NCBI GenBank assembly: GCA_043747615.1
Contig: JAYTOU010000042.1
Span: 32,001 to 96,000 of the forward strand
DNA from: Myxococcales bacterium
GTDB taxonomy: Bacteria > Myxococcota_A > Polyangia > Polyangiales > Polyangiaceae
Length of the DNA: 64,000 nt
Direction of reading: 5' to 3'
Shown here: in pieces, positions 50,215 to 61,382 of the stretch
Position numbering within the stretch: the first letter of the stretch is position 1
Layout: the number at the start of each line of letters is the position of its first letter
The notes under the pieces: generated by a model
Database searches by the model: none
What the model was told of the DNA's origin: nothing
What the model saw: only the letters and a program-made list of their open reading frames with translations
Position numbers and translations under genes: made by a program

Positions 50215-51771
50215 ATGAGGATTCCGACCGTCGCGATGTGGGCGCTTTTTGGCATGGTGGCATCGAGCGCTGCGGCCATGGCCGTACCGATTTCACCGGC
50301 AAATTCCACGGCGAGCATTCAGGGGGACATGGGCGGAAGCGGCGGAACGGGGGGCGGGAAGACCAACCTGATCCAGGCCGACATCTCCCACTTCACGGCT
50401 GGAAAAACCCTCACCGTCGACGGGCGGCTCGGACACGCGGCCATCGCAAACGGCAGCCCCAGCGACACCTTTCTCTTTGCGTCCGTCGCCGGCTCGGACG
50501 CGGCCAGCCAAGCGGCACCTCCTCTCAATCTCGCGATCGTGATCGACCGCTCGGGATCGATGAAGGGAGACAGGATCGCGAACGCGATCGCCGCGGCGGT
50601 GGGCACCATCGAGCGCCTACGGGACGGCGATAGCGTCACCGTCGTCAGCTTCGACACCGAGGCTCAAGTCGTCGTCCCTCCGACCCGCGCCAGCTCGTCC
50701 ACGCGACCGAGCATCGAGGCAGCGATCCAGGCCATTCGCTTGGGCGGTGACACGTGCATCTCGTGCGGCCTCGACCTCGGAATGACGGAGCTGTCGCAGG
50801 CGAACCTAGGCGGCGATCGCGTGACGCGGATGCTCCTCCTGTCGGACGGCGCGACGAATCACGGCATCAAAGACATCGGCGGCCTCCGCGCCATGGCCGG
50901 GCGCATGCGCGATCGCGGCTGCTCGATCTCGACGATCGGTGTCGATGTCGAGTTCGACGAGAAGGTGATGGCGGCGATCGCCGTGGAGTCAAACGGTCGG
51001 CATTACTTCGTGGCCAACCCGAGCGGCCTGCCCGCGATTTTTGCGCAGGAGTTCGACAACCTCCTCAGCACCGTCGCTCGGGACAGTGAGCTCGCCATCG
51101 ATCTCGCGCCCGGCGTCGAGCTCGAGCAAGTCTTTGATCGCTCGTTCCGGCGCGAGGGCTCGCGGATCATCGTCCCTTTCGGAACGTTCAGCGCCAAGCA
51201 AGAAAAGACAGTGCTCATGAAGCTGCGCGTCGCTGGCAGCCAGGACGGAATGAAGCCCGTCGCTACCGTCAAGCTCTCGTACCGCGATCTCGTCGAGCGC
51301 TCGAACGCGAGCTGCCAGGGCGACCTCGCGCTCATGGTGACGAGCGACGGCAGCGGTCCGCGGGAGCTCGACCCTTTCGTTGCCGCACGCGTGGAGCGAA
51401 GCCGCACCGCACAGACGCTGACCGAGGCCAACGTTCTGTTCGAGCAAGGACGCATCGGTGAGGCGCAGGCGAAGCTCGCCCGGCAGGAGACCGAGCTGCG
51501 TGCGAGTGGAACGTCGGCGCGCGCCTCTGCCAAGAAGAGCCCGTCGGCCGATGCGTTCAAATCCGGGGCGCTGGACCGCGACTTCGAATCGCAGCTCGCG
51601 GCGGTCGCCTCCGCCGAAGCGAATTTTGCCCCCGCCGCAGCCGCTCCTGTCTCCCAAGCCGGCGGTGGCGGGTTGGCCGCCTCCCCCCCGCGCGCAAAGC
51701 CCCAGGATTCGCACGAAGGCAAAGCCCAGGTGCGATCGAACCAGGACACGGCGAGCCAGCTCGGCTTCTGA
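50215..51771 (+). CDS. Secreted VWA-domain protein (YfbK-like)
   Basis: Signal peptide; PLNLAIVIDRSGSM (MIDAS), GGDT, LLSDGATN, STIGV; RBS-like GAGG upstream. Confidence 0.9.
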   Translation: MRIPTVAMWALFGMVASSAAAMAVPISPANSTASIQGDMGGSGGTGGGKTNLIQADISHFTAGKTLTVDGRLGHAAIANGSPSDTFLFASVAGSDAASQAAPPLNLAIVIDRSGSMKGDRIANAIAAAVGTIERLRDGDSVTVVSFDTEAQVVVPPTRASSSTRPSIEAAIQAIRLGGDTCISCGLDLGMTELSQANLGGDRVTRMLLLSDGATNHGIKDIGGLRAMAGRMRDRGCSISTIGVDVEFDEKVMAAIAVESNGRHYFVANPSGLPAIFAQEFDNLLSTVARDSELAIDLAPGVELEQVFDRSFRREGSRIIVPFGTFSAKQEKTVLMKLRVAGSQDGMKPVATVKLSYRDLVERSNASCQGDLALMVTSDGSGPRELDPFVAARVERSRTAQTLTEANVLFEQGRIGEAQAKLARQETELRASGTSARASAKKSPSADAFKSGALDRDFESQLAAVASAEANFAPAAAAPVSQAGGGGLAASPPRAKPQDSHEGKAQVRSNQDTASQLGF

Positions 51772-51801
51772 TTCGACGGGCTTCCGTCCGCACCTGTACA
51801 G

Positions 51802-53115
51802 ATGTACCGTGGCTGCTTGTCTCTCCGCAGCAAGCTCGCACGCCTCGCCCCTCCTGTTGCTCCGCGAGAGCTTGGGCTCCTCGCAGATCTGCGCGCGAAG
51901 ATTGACGGCATCCTCGAGAAGACAGCGCGTCGTGAAGCGCGGTCGCGAGCGGTCGATACTCCCGACCTCCCCTTCGTCACCAGCGAGACGCCGCTCGGTC
52001 CCCTTCATCTGCGAACGCAGCGCCTCTCCGCGGCTCATCGCATGGGTCGGGCCTCTCTTCTGCCTTCGCGCGACGCCAGCTCGGAGCTCCTTGCGCTCCT
52101 CGCACTCGATCCGACGATCGCGCCGCGCAAGCTAGCGGGAGCGCTCTACCTCGACACGGAGACAACGGGGCTCGCCGGCGGCACGGGAACGGTGGCTTTT
52201 CTCGTGGGATTGGCTCGCTGGGCCCCCGCGGAGCGTGAGGACGGGCACACAAGCGGCGGCCTGATCCTCGAGCAACTCCTGGTGCGGAATCTCGGTGAAG
52301 AAGGGCCGATGCTCGAGTTCGTTGCCCGGCGTATCCGCGAAGCATCGATGCTCGTGACCTTCAACGGAAAGAGCTTCGACCTCCCGCTCTTGCGAACGCG
52401 CTTCGTTATGGCGCGAATCGCGCGGCCGGAAGAGCCGCCTCATCTAGACCTTCTTCACGTCGCACGACGTCTCCACAAGCGGCGCGGCGTGGAGTGCAAG
52501 CTCACCACGATCGAGCGCGAGGTGCTCGGCTTCGAGCGAGTCGACGATTGCCCGTCCGGCGAGGTGAGCGCGCATTACCTGCATTTTCTGCGCACCGGCG
52601 AGACGCGCGCCCTCCTCGGCGTCATCGAGCACAACGCATGGGACGTCGTCGCCATGGCCGCTCTCGTCGGTCTCTACGGCGAGCCGCTCGAGGGAAGCGC
52701 CCTTGCGCCGGCCGATCTCATTGGACTTGCGCGCACGCTGAAGCGGGCAGGGAAGGTCGATCACGCGCTCGCCGCCGTGACCCTCGCGGTCGAGCGAGGC
52801 GCAGGGTCGGACTCACTCCGTGCGCGAGCCGAGATCTGCAAAGCGCGGGGCGAGCGGGATCACGCTCTTCGCGACTACGCAGCGCTCTCGGAACTGGTGG
52901 ACGACGTGCACGTGCGACTCGAGCTGGCGAAGCTCTACGAGCACTTCGCGAAAGAGCCCGCGCGCGCGCTGGCCATCGTGGCCCAAGGGACCGGCGAGAC
53001 GACGGCGGCCACGGAGAAGCGCTCCCTTCGCCTTTCGCGCAAGGCCAGCCGCCCCAAGCAAGCCGCTCTCTTTCCCCAAAATCCGACGGCGCCGCGCCGA
53101 AGCCGTCAAACGTGA
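51802..53115 (+). CDS. YprB-like RNase H-like (DEDD 3'-5' exonuclease) domain protein with C-terminal TPR
   Basis: LYLDTETTGLAGGTGTVAFLVG, VTFNGKSFDLPLL, HLDLLH.ARR, HN.WDV, LELAKLYEH; start uncertain. Confidence 0.88.
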   Translation: MYRGCLSLRSKLARLAPPVAPRELGLLADLRAKIDGILEKTARREARSRAVDTPDLPFVTSETPLGPLHLRTQRLSAAHRMGRASLLPSRDASSELLALLALDPTIAPRKLAGALYLDTETTGLAGGTGTVAFLVGLARWAPAEREDGHTSGGLILEQLLVRNLGEEGPMLEFVARRIREASMLVTFNGKSFDLPLLRTRFVMARIARPEEPPHLDLLHVARRLHKRRGVECKLTTIEREVLGFERVDDCPSGEVSAHYLHFLRTGETRALLGVIEHNAWDVVAMAALVGLYGEPLEGSALAPADLIGLARTLKRAGKVDHALAAVTLAVERGAGSDSLRARAEICKARGERDHALRDYAALSELVDDVHVRLELAKLYEHFAKEPARALAIVAQGTGETTAATEKRSLRLSRKASRPKQAALFPQNPTAPRRSRQT

Positions 53116-53128
53116 TAAATCGCGTCGT

Positions 53129-55636
<2,508 letters not shown>

Positions 55637-55641
55637 CGCGC

Positions 55642-56193
55642 GTGAAGGAGCTCGGCTCGGTAGCGTTCGTTCTCCTTGCTCTCACGGGGTGCGGGTATCG
55701 CCCGCTTTACGGTGGAGACAGCGCCGTCTCCCGCTTGCACGTGACCCTCGTGCGGACCGTCGTCGCCGATGCAATTGCCAGCGACGAGGTGCTGAGCGGC
55801 GTGCGAGCGACCCTTGCACGCGAGGGCGCCCTCGCATCCGGGAGCGGATATCCGCGCGTCGAGGTTGAGGTCCTTCGCGCCGACGAGAAGAGCGACGGCG
55901 TCGCCGCCGTGGGTGGCGTCACGGGTGTTCCGAGAGCGCGCGCGAGCGAGGTCGGCGTGATCGCGCGGGCATGGTTGATCCGCTTCGAAGGCGGTCGGAG
56001 GGAGGCGGACACCGGGGACGTTCGCGCTTTCGACGCGGTGACGACGAGGGGATCCGAGCAGCTCGGGGCCGAGGGCTTACGCCACGACGACGCTCTGCGC
56101 GCAGTTGCCCGCCGTGTCGGCGAACGCTTGGGGATGCGTGTCCTCGGGCATCCCGTGGCGCGGGACGAATCGATGGGCGACCGCGGGGATTGA
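55642..56193 (+). CDS. LptE-like lipoprotein
   Basis: Lipobox LTGC followed by GYRPLY; position directly after leuS matches the usual leuS-lptE synteny. Confidence 0.6.
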   Translation: MKELGSVAFVLLALTGCGYRPLYGGDSAVSRLHVTLVRTVVADAIASDEVLSGVRATLAREGALASGSGYPRVEVEVLRADEKSDGVAAVGGVTGVPRARASEVGVIARAWLIRFEGGRREADTGDVRAFDAVTTRGSEQLGAEGLRHDDALRAVARRVGERLGMRVLGHPVARDESMGDRGD

Positions 56194-56225
56194 AAGCATG
56201 GTACCGTGCCGCCGGTGATGGTCCG

Positions 56226-56924
56226 ATGAAAGCCGAGAAGCCCGAGGTTGTAAGCACGCCGCTCAGCACCCCTCTGATCACGATGGGCTGCGCGGGGTTT
56301 CCGGTCCCAGCCACGCGCTACTTTAAAGAGTTTCTTTTCGTCGAGGTTCAGGAAACCCACGTTTCCGTACCTGGAACGGGAACCGTGCGGCGCTGGCGTC
56401 GCGAGGCGCCCGAGGGCTTCACCTTTGCGCTCCTTGCTCCTCGAGAAATCGGGCAGGAAGGATTCCGCGAGGGGAAGGTCACCGAGAACGCGCTCAAAAG
56501 CCTGGTCGAGGTCGGCAAGGAGCTCGACGCGAAGACTGCCATTTTCGTGGCCCCTCCGGAGTTCACGACGAGCCGAGGAAATAAGTCCGCCCTGAAGGAC
56601 TTCCTCGCGACCGTGCGCAAGAAGTTCGATCGCGTGGTCTGGGAGCCGCCGCCCCTCTGGGACGCAGACGATGCTGCTGCTCTCGCCGCGGACGCCGGGG
56701 TCATCGCCTCCCGCGATCCGCTCGCACACGGCGTGACGACGGCGCCGATCGCCTACTACCGGATGCCTGGCCCGGCCGGCCACAAGAGCCGCTACGAAGA
56801 TCCGGCGATCGAGAAGCTTGCCGAGCTTGCCCGCAAGGCGAAGCACAAAGACGCGACGTACGTTTTCACCAACGTGGACATGTTCGCGGACGCCAAGCGC
56901 TTCAAGAAAGCGATGAAGCTTTAA
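56226..56924 (+). CDS. DUF72 domain-containing protein
   Basis: GCAGF, YF.EF.FVEVQ.T, VRRWR..AP.GF.F, YYR..G, YVFTN..MF.DA.RF; start ATG 56226. Confidence 0.75.
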   Translation: MKAEKPEVVSTPLSTPLITMGCAGFPVPATRYFKEFLFVEVQETHVSVPGTGTVRRWRREAPEGFTFALLAPREIGQEGFREGKVTENALKSLVEVGKELDAKTAIFVAPPEFTTSRGNKSALKDFLATVRKKFDRVVWEPPPLWDADDAAALAADAGVIASRDPLAHGVTTAPIAYYRMPGPAGHKSRYEDPAIEKLAELARKAKHKDATYVFTNVDMFADAKRFKKAMKL

Positions 56925-56965
56925 AAAAAGAAGCCGACGCGATCCGCTCGCGCCGGCTTCTTTCT
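56925..56965. terminator. Bidirectional intrinsic terminator
   Basis: aaagaagccg (56927-56936) pairs with cggcttcttt (56954-56963), inner cgcga/tcgcg stem, A and T tracts on both sides; lies between convergent genes. Confidence 0.85.
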
Positions 56966-56990
56966 CAACACGCTTCCGCGCTGGCTTGGC

Positions 56991-57479
56991 TTACTGGCAC
57001 TCGGTTTTGCAATGGGCCGAGAGGCACGCAACCCAGGTCTGCTCGAGACCGACCGAGGCGGAGTGCGCGTCGCGGCACAACTGGATGTCGTCCTGCAACT
57101 TTCCGCCAGCGTCGCCCCCGCCGTCTGCCGGGTCGTTCATGATTGCGGTGTTGATGCAGCTCTGGAGAAGGGTGCAGTCGGACTCGCCGCCCGTCGCCGT
57201 CGGCTTGAAGCACGCATTGACGGACTCGCAGCAGCTCGTCTGAAGACACGAGGTGCACGTGGCGTTGTTGAGGGTGACGACGAGGGTGCACATGCCGGCA
57301 TCGATGACCGCGGAGTCGCCGCCCGTGCCGGTGTCCCTGGCAGAGGAGCCATCGGTGGAGCCGCCGTCGCCGAAGATGCCGCCTTCGTCGGGCACGAACG
57401 GGCCGGTCGTAACCGTACACGCTGCTACCGCCGCGATGAATCCAACCGAAATGCCAAGCTTGGTTAAAGAAGATTTCAT
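56991..57479 (-). CDS. Cys-rich myxobacterial lipoprotein
   Basis: Lipobox VAAC; Gly/Asp linker; CTSCLQTSCC...C...C...C...CLSAHCKTEC. Confidence 0.8.
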   Translation of the reverse strand: MKSSLTKLGISVGFIAAVAACTVTTGPFVPDEGGIFGDGGSTDGSSARDTGTGGDSAVIDAGMCTLVVTLNNATCTSCLQTSCCESVNACFKPTATGGESDCTLLQSCINTAIMNDPADGGGDAGGKLQDDIQLCRDAHSASVGLEQTWVACLSAHCKTECQ

Positions 57480-57590
57480 GCGATTCTTTCCTTCCGAGAG
57501 GCGGATGCCGCCTCAATTCGTTGGGTAAGTGTCCCCAAGCCTCGCCGTCCGTCAACGCTTATTGTTGGACGAAGCGGGACCCGATTGTCT

Positions 57591-59165
57591 TCACACCGCC
57601 ACTTTTTCCGGGCGGCGGCGCCTAAATGCGCCCACAAAAATCGCCAACGTACCGAGGTACCAAGGTGAGTCACCGATGAGCTCGTAGGGGGTCGTGCTGT
57701 GCATCCAGTGCACCATCGCATCCAGCCGTTCGGTCTTGAACGTTCCGGTCTTGGCGATTACCCGGCCCACCGGATCGACCACCGCGCTGACCCCGCTGTT
57801 CGTGCTTCGTACGAGGTACCGACGATGCTCGATCGCGCGAAACTCGGCGAGCGCAAGGTGCTCCCAGGGCTCACTCGAATCTCCGAACCAAGCGTCGTTC
57901 GTCATGTTCACGAGGAGCTCCGGGTCGGCGTGGCGCACCGCCTGATTCGTGAACGAGGGGAGGATGTCCTCGTAGCAAATGAGAGCCGTGACCTTGTGCT
58001 CTTTCCCGTCGGCAGTAGTCACGAGCAGAGGATCGAGCACCGTTCCAGCGCTGAATTTGCCGCTGTTCGGTGACCACTCGTAGAGGATGGGGAAGGTGTC
58101 TCCGAAGGGGAGGTACTCCCCGAACGCGAGCAAGAATTCCTTGTCGTACCGGCCGGTGATCTTTCCTTTGACGTCGGTCGAGAGGGCCACGTTGAACCAC
58201 CGCTCGCGATCGCCAGGCGTGTCGCGCCACAAGACTGCGCCGAAGATCGTCGGGACTCCGAGGCGTGAGGCCACGGTGTCGCGCATGAACGGCTCGGCCA
58301 TTTTCTCGTTCACCGAGAACATCACCGACGACTCGCTCCACACGACGAGCTCGGCGCCGAGGTCCTTGAGCTCCTTGGTCATCCGCTGGTGGCGACGGAG
58401 CCCTTCGGCGTGGTTCGAGCGCTTCTCCATCAGCCCCATGTTTCCTTGGACGATGCCCACCTTGAGCGGCTCGGAGGCGAGAGCGTGCGCGTCGACCATC
58501 GGGATCCGCACCGCGCCGTAAAGAAGCGCGAAGGCGAGCCCCCCCATGCCTGCGATCACGATGCGCCGGTCCGGCGCGCGCTTTTCGATCCGAGCAAGGA
58601 GCGGCTCGGCGATCGCGAGGTTCACGCCGATGAGGATCACACCCACGAAGGTGGGCCCGGCGATCTCCGCGGTCTGCGTGAGGATCGGCAGGGTGTGAAC
58701 GGTGGTCGCGTAATACCAGGGAAAAAGCAGGGGAAAGACGAACTCGCTCGCCGCAAAGGCCAGGGCGAAAACGGGGGCCGCCGGCCATCCCCGCGCTGAC
58801 GCTCGCGCATGCAGCCAGCCCATGAGGCCTAGTCGCCCGCCCTGGTAGGAGCAGATGATCGCTACGAGGAGAAGACAGATCGCCGTTGGAAATCCGCTGA
58901 ACGTCTTGAGCATCGTCACGAGCCAATAGAAGCCCGCGAGGTTCATCGTCATGCCGGTGAGGACGCCGATCCACAGCGCGCGCTTCGGCGCTTGCCCCTG
59001 GAGCGCGACGTACATCGGAACGAAGCACACGAACGTCAGCAGCGAAAGCGGCCACGCCTCGACTTTTCCGGCGAAGGCCAGCCAGTACAGGAGCCCGCTC
59101 ACGACAGCCGCGGCGGCTGCTTGTTTTTTGTCGAGCGGAATCAGTTGGCCTCGCTGGGGGCTCAC
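57591..59165 (-). CDS. lnt: Apolipoprotein N-acyltransferase
   Basis: N-terminal TMs; VQGN, VWSES, YDK..L..FGEY.P, LICYE, TNDAWFG, RAIE.RR..VRSTNSG.S. Confidence 0.95.
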   Translation of the reverse strand: MSPQRGQLIPLDKKQAAAAAVVSGLLYWLAFAGKVEAWPLSLLTFVCFVPMYVALQGQAPKRALWIGVLTGMTMNLAGFYWLVTMLKTFSGFPTAICLLLVAIICSYQGGRLGLMGWLHARASARGWPAAPVFALAFAASEFVFPLLFPWYYATTVHTLPILTQTAEIAGPTFVGVILIGVNLAIAEPLLARIEKRAPDRRIVIAGMGGLAFALLYGAVRIPMVDAHALASEPLKVGIVQGNMGLMEKRSNHAEGLRRHQRMTKELKDLGAELVVWSESSVMFSVNEKMAEPFMRDTVASRLGVPTIFGAVLWRDTPGDRERWFNVALSTDVKGKITGRYDKEFLLAFGEYLPFGDTFPILYEWSPNSGKFSAGTVLDPLLVTTADGKEHKVTALICYEDILPSFTNQAVRHADPELLVNMTNDAWFGDSSEPWEHLALAEFRAIEHRRYLVRSTNSGVSAVVDPVGRVIAKTGTFKTERLDAMVHWMHSTTPYELIGDSPWYLGTLAIFVGAFRRRRPEKVAV

Positions 59166-59533
59166 TTGAGGATCTTGACGACCTTGTCGAGCACGTCTCT
59201 GAGACTAAAAGGCTTGGAAATGTAGTGACGTGCGCCGGCGTTGATTCCTTCCACGACGTCTTTCGCCGAGGTGCGGGCGGTGAGAAAGATGATGGGAATG
59301 GCCTTTAGTCTCGGGTCGGTCTTGAGGTGACGCGAGAGCGCGTAGCCGTTCATTTTCGGCATCATGACGTCGGTGATGATGAGGTCAGGAACAAGCTCGC
59401 CCCTCAGGAGGGTGATTGCCTCGGCGCCGTCGCACGCCTCCGACATCGTGAATTGCACGCCGAGCGCGCGAACGAGCATCTGACGCACCGAGGGATCGTC
59501 CTCGACGACGAGCACCCGTTTTCGCACGTCCAT
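59162..59533 (-). CDS. Single-domain response regulator (CheY-like)
   Basis: VLVVEDD, DLIITDVMMP.MNG, FLTA, YISKPF. Confidence 0.93.
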   Translation of the reverse strand: MDVRKRVLVVEDDPSVRQMLVRALGVQFTMSEACDGAEAITLLRGELVPDLIITDVMMPKMNGYALSRHLKTDPRLKAIPIIFLTARTSAKDVVEGINAGARHYISKPFSLRDVLDKVVKILK

Positions 59534-59536
59534 CGG

Positions 59537-60121
59537 TCAGTGTGCGCCCGGAGCGCCTCCGGCGGGCGCCGCCGTCACACCGAGGAGCTCGATTTCGAAG
59601 GTGAGCGTGGAGTTCGGCGGAATGACGGGCGGGCGGCCGCTGGGGCCGTAGGCGAGGGACGGCGGGATCACGAGCTTGCGCTTGCCGCCGATCTTCATCC
59701 CCACGACACCTTGGTCCCAGCCCTTGATCACGCCGCCTTGACCTAGCGTGAAATCGAAGGGCTTTCCCCGCTTCTTCGAGCCGTCGAACTCTTTGCCGTC
59801 GGCAAAGGTGCCGAGGTAGTGGACGCTGACGGTGTCGCCCGTCTTGGCGACGGTGCCCGTTCCCACGACGAGATCTTTCGAAACCAGCTTGCCCTCGGGG
59901 CCGGCCGGAGGCGGCGGTTCGGGGGGAGGCGGCGCGGCCTGGGGCCGGACCATCGACGTGACGGGCGCGGCGCTCGCAACCGTCGTGGGGGTCTCGGCCG
60001 AAATGGGCTCGACCGTCGGCGGCGCAGTGAGGTTGGAGCAACCGAGGAACGCGAGGCACGTGGCGAGGAGGACGGTCACGTGACCTGGAACACTGTGGGG
60101 GCAATTAGCAAAGCGGTTCAT
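59537..60121 (-). CDS. FKBP-type peptidyl-prolyl cis-trans isomerase (lipoprotein)
   Basis: LGC lipobox; VSVHYLGT..DGKEFDGS, VIKGWDQG..GMK.GGKRKL.IPP.LAYG, IPPNSTL.FEIELL; start may be slightly downstream. Confidence 0.93.
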   Translation of the reverse strand: MNRFANCPHSVPGHVTVLLATCLAFLGCSNLTAPPTVEPISAETPTTVASAAPVTSMVRPQAAPPPPEPPPPAGPEGKLVSKDLVVGTGTVAKTGDTVSVHYLGTFADGKEFDGSKKRGKPFDFTLGQGGVIKGWDQGVVGMKIGGKRKLVIPPSLAYGPSGRPPVIPPNSTLTFEIELLGVTAAPAGGAPGAH

Positions 60122-60167
60122 GGGGCGGCAAGAACGTAGTAGGGCTACACTTTAAGTAAAGGATCCC

Positions 60168-61382
60168 ATGTCGCGCGTCCTCCACATCGAAGACGATCCG
60201 CGCAACCGGCTCCTCGTCCGAAAGCTTCTCTCCGCCGACGGCCACGAGGTGATCGACGCGGTGGACGGTCTCGAAGGGGTGAAGCTCGCCCTAGCTCAGC
60301 GTCCGGATCTCATCCTCGTCGACCTCAACATTCCGGGCCTCGACGGCTACGAGGTGACGCTGCGCCTCCGTGGCGAGCCCTCCATGGCCGGTGTCCCGAT
60401 CGTGGCGATCACCGCGGAAGGAGAGCGCGACACGAGCTTCGCCGTCGGGTGCGACGGGTTCGTTCAGAAGCCCATCGACGCCCGTAATTTTGCCCGCCAG
60501 GTGCGCCAGTACCTCGGTGGTCACCGCGAGGCGTTCGCCTCTTCGGCCGACGCAACCGGCGAGCGGCTTCGCATCCAGAGCGGGCGCATCGTCGGTCACC
60601 TCGAGGGAAAGCTCGCCGAGCTCGTCGCCGCGAACGACCGCCTTCGGGACATGGATCGTCTGCGCACGGAGTTTTACCGCAACGTATCTCACGAGCTGGC
60701 GACGCCGCTCACTCCGATCGTCGGCTACCTGCGGATGCTCATCGACGAGGAGCTCGGCGACATCACGAACCCTCAGAAAAAAGCGCTCCAGGCCATGGAC
60801 GACTGCGTCCGGCGGCTGCGCGGAATTCTCGACAACCTCGTCGACGTGATCGGCCTCGAGACCGGGAAAATGCGCTTCGCGCACCGGACGTACGATTTCT
60901 TGGACACCGTGCGCCGGGCGATGGCTTCTCACGCCGATCGCTTTGCCGAGCGACACCAGACGCTCCTCGAGCAGCTGCCGCGGGGACCTTTACCGGCGTA
61001 CGGAGACTCGGAGCGGCTCGGCCGGGCGATTCAGCAGGTGCTCGACAACGCCGGAAAATTTACGCCCGAAGGGGGCGTGGTGGGGATCGGCATCTGGGAG
61101 CTCGAACTCACGTACGAGCTTGTCGTCGCCGACACGGGACCGGGCATTCCTCCCGAGCGCGCGGAGAAGATTTTCGAGCCATTTTTTCAGGTTGATGGCT
61201 CGACCACGCGCCTCGCTGGGGGCGTCGGAGTGGGCTTAGCGATCGTTCGCCGCGTGGCCCGCGGTCTCGGCGGAGACGTGCGCGTCGAGCAGGGCGCGAC
61301 CATCGACGGGACGTTTCTCCCTGGGGCGGCGTTCGCGCTCTCCGTAGCCAAGCGCGCGCCGTCGGTCATCATCGATGGCTGA
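60168..61382 (+). CDS. Hybrid receiver-histidine kinase (cytoplasmic)
   Basis: N-terminal receiver (EDD, DLNIP, KP); H-box VSHELATPL; N-box DNAGKFT; DTGPGI; F-box IFEPFFQ; G.GVGL. Confidence 0.93.
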   Translation: MSRVLHIEDDPRNRLLVRKLLSADGHEVIDAVDGLEGVKLALAQRPDLILVDLNIPGLDGYEVTLRLRGEPSMAGVPIVAITAEGERDTSFAVGCDGFVQKPIDARNFARQVRQYLGGHREAFASSADATGERLRIQSGRIVGHLEGKLAELVAANDRLRDMDRLRTEFYRNVSHELATPLTPIVGYLRMLIDEELGDITNPQKKALQAMDDCVRRLRGILDNLVDVIGLETGKMRFAHRTYDFLDTVRRAMASHADRFAERHQTLLEQLPRGPLPAYGDSERLGRAIQQVLDNAGKFTPEGGVVGIGIWELELTYELVVADTGPGIPPERAEKIFEPFFQVDGSTTRLAGGVGVGLAIVRRVARGLGGDVRVEQGATIDGTFLPGAAFALSVAKRAPSVIIDG

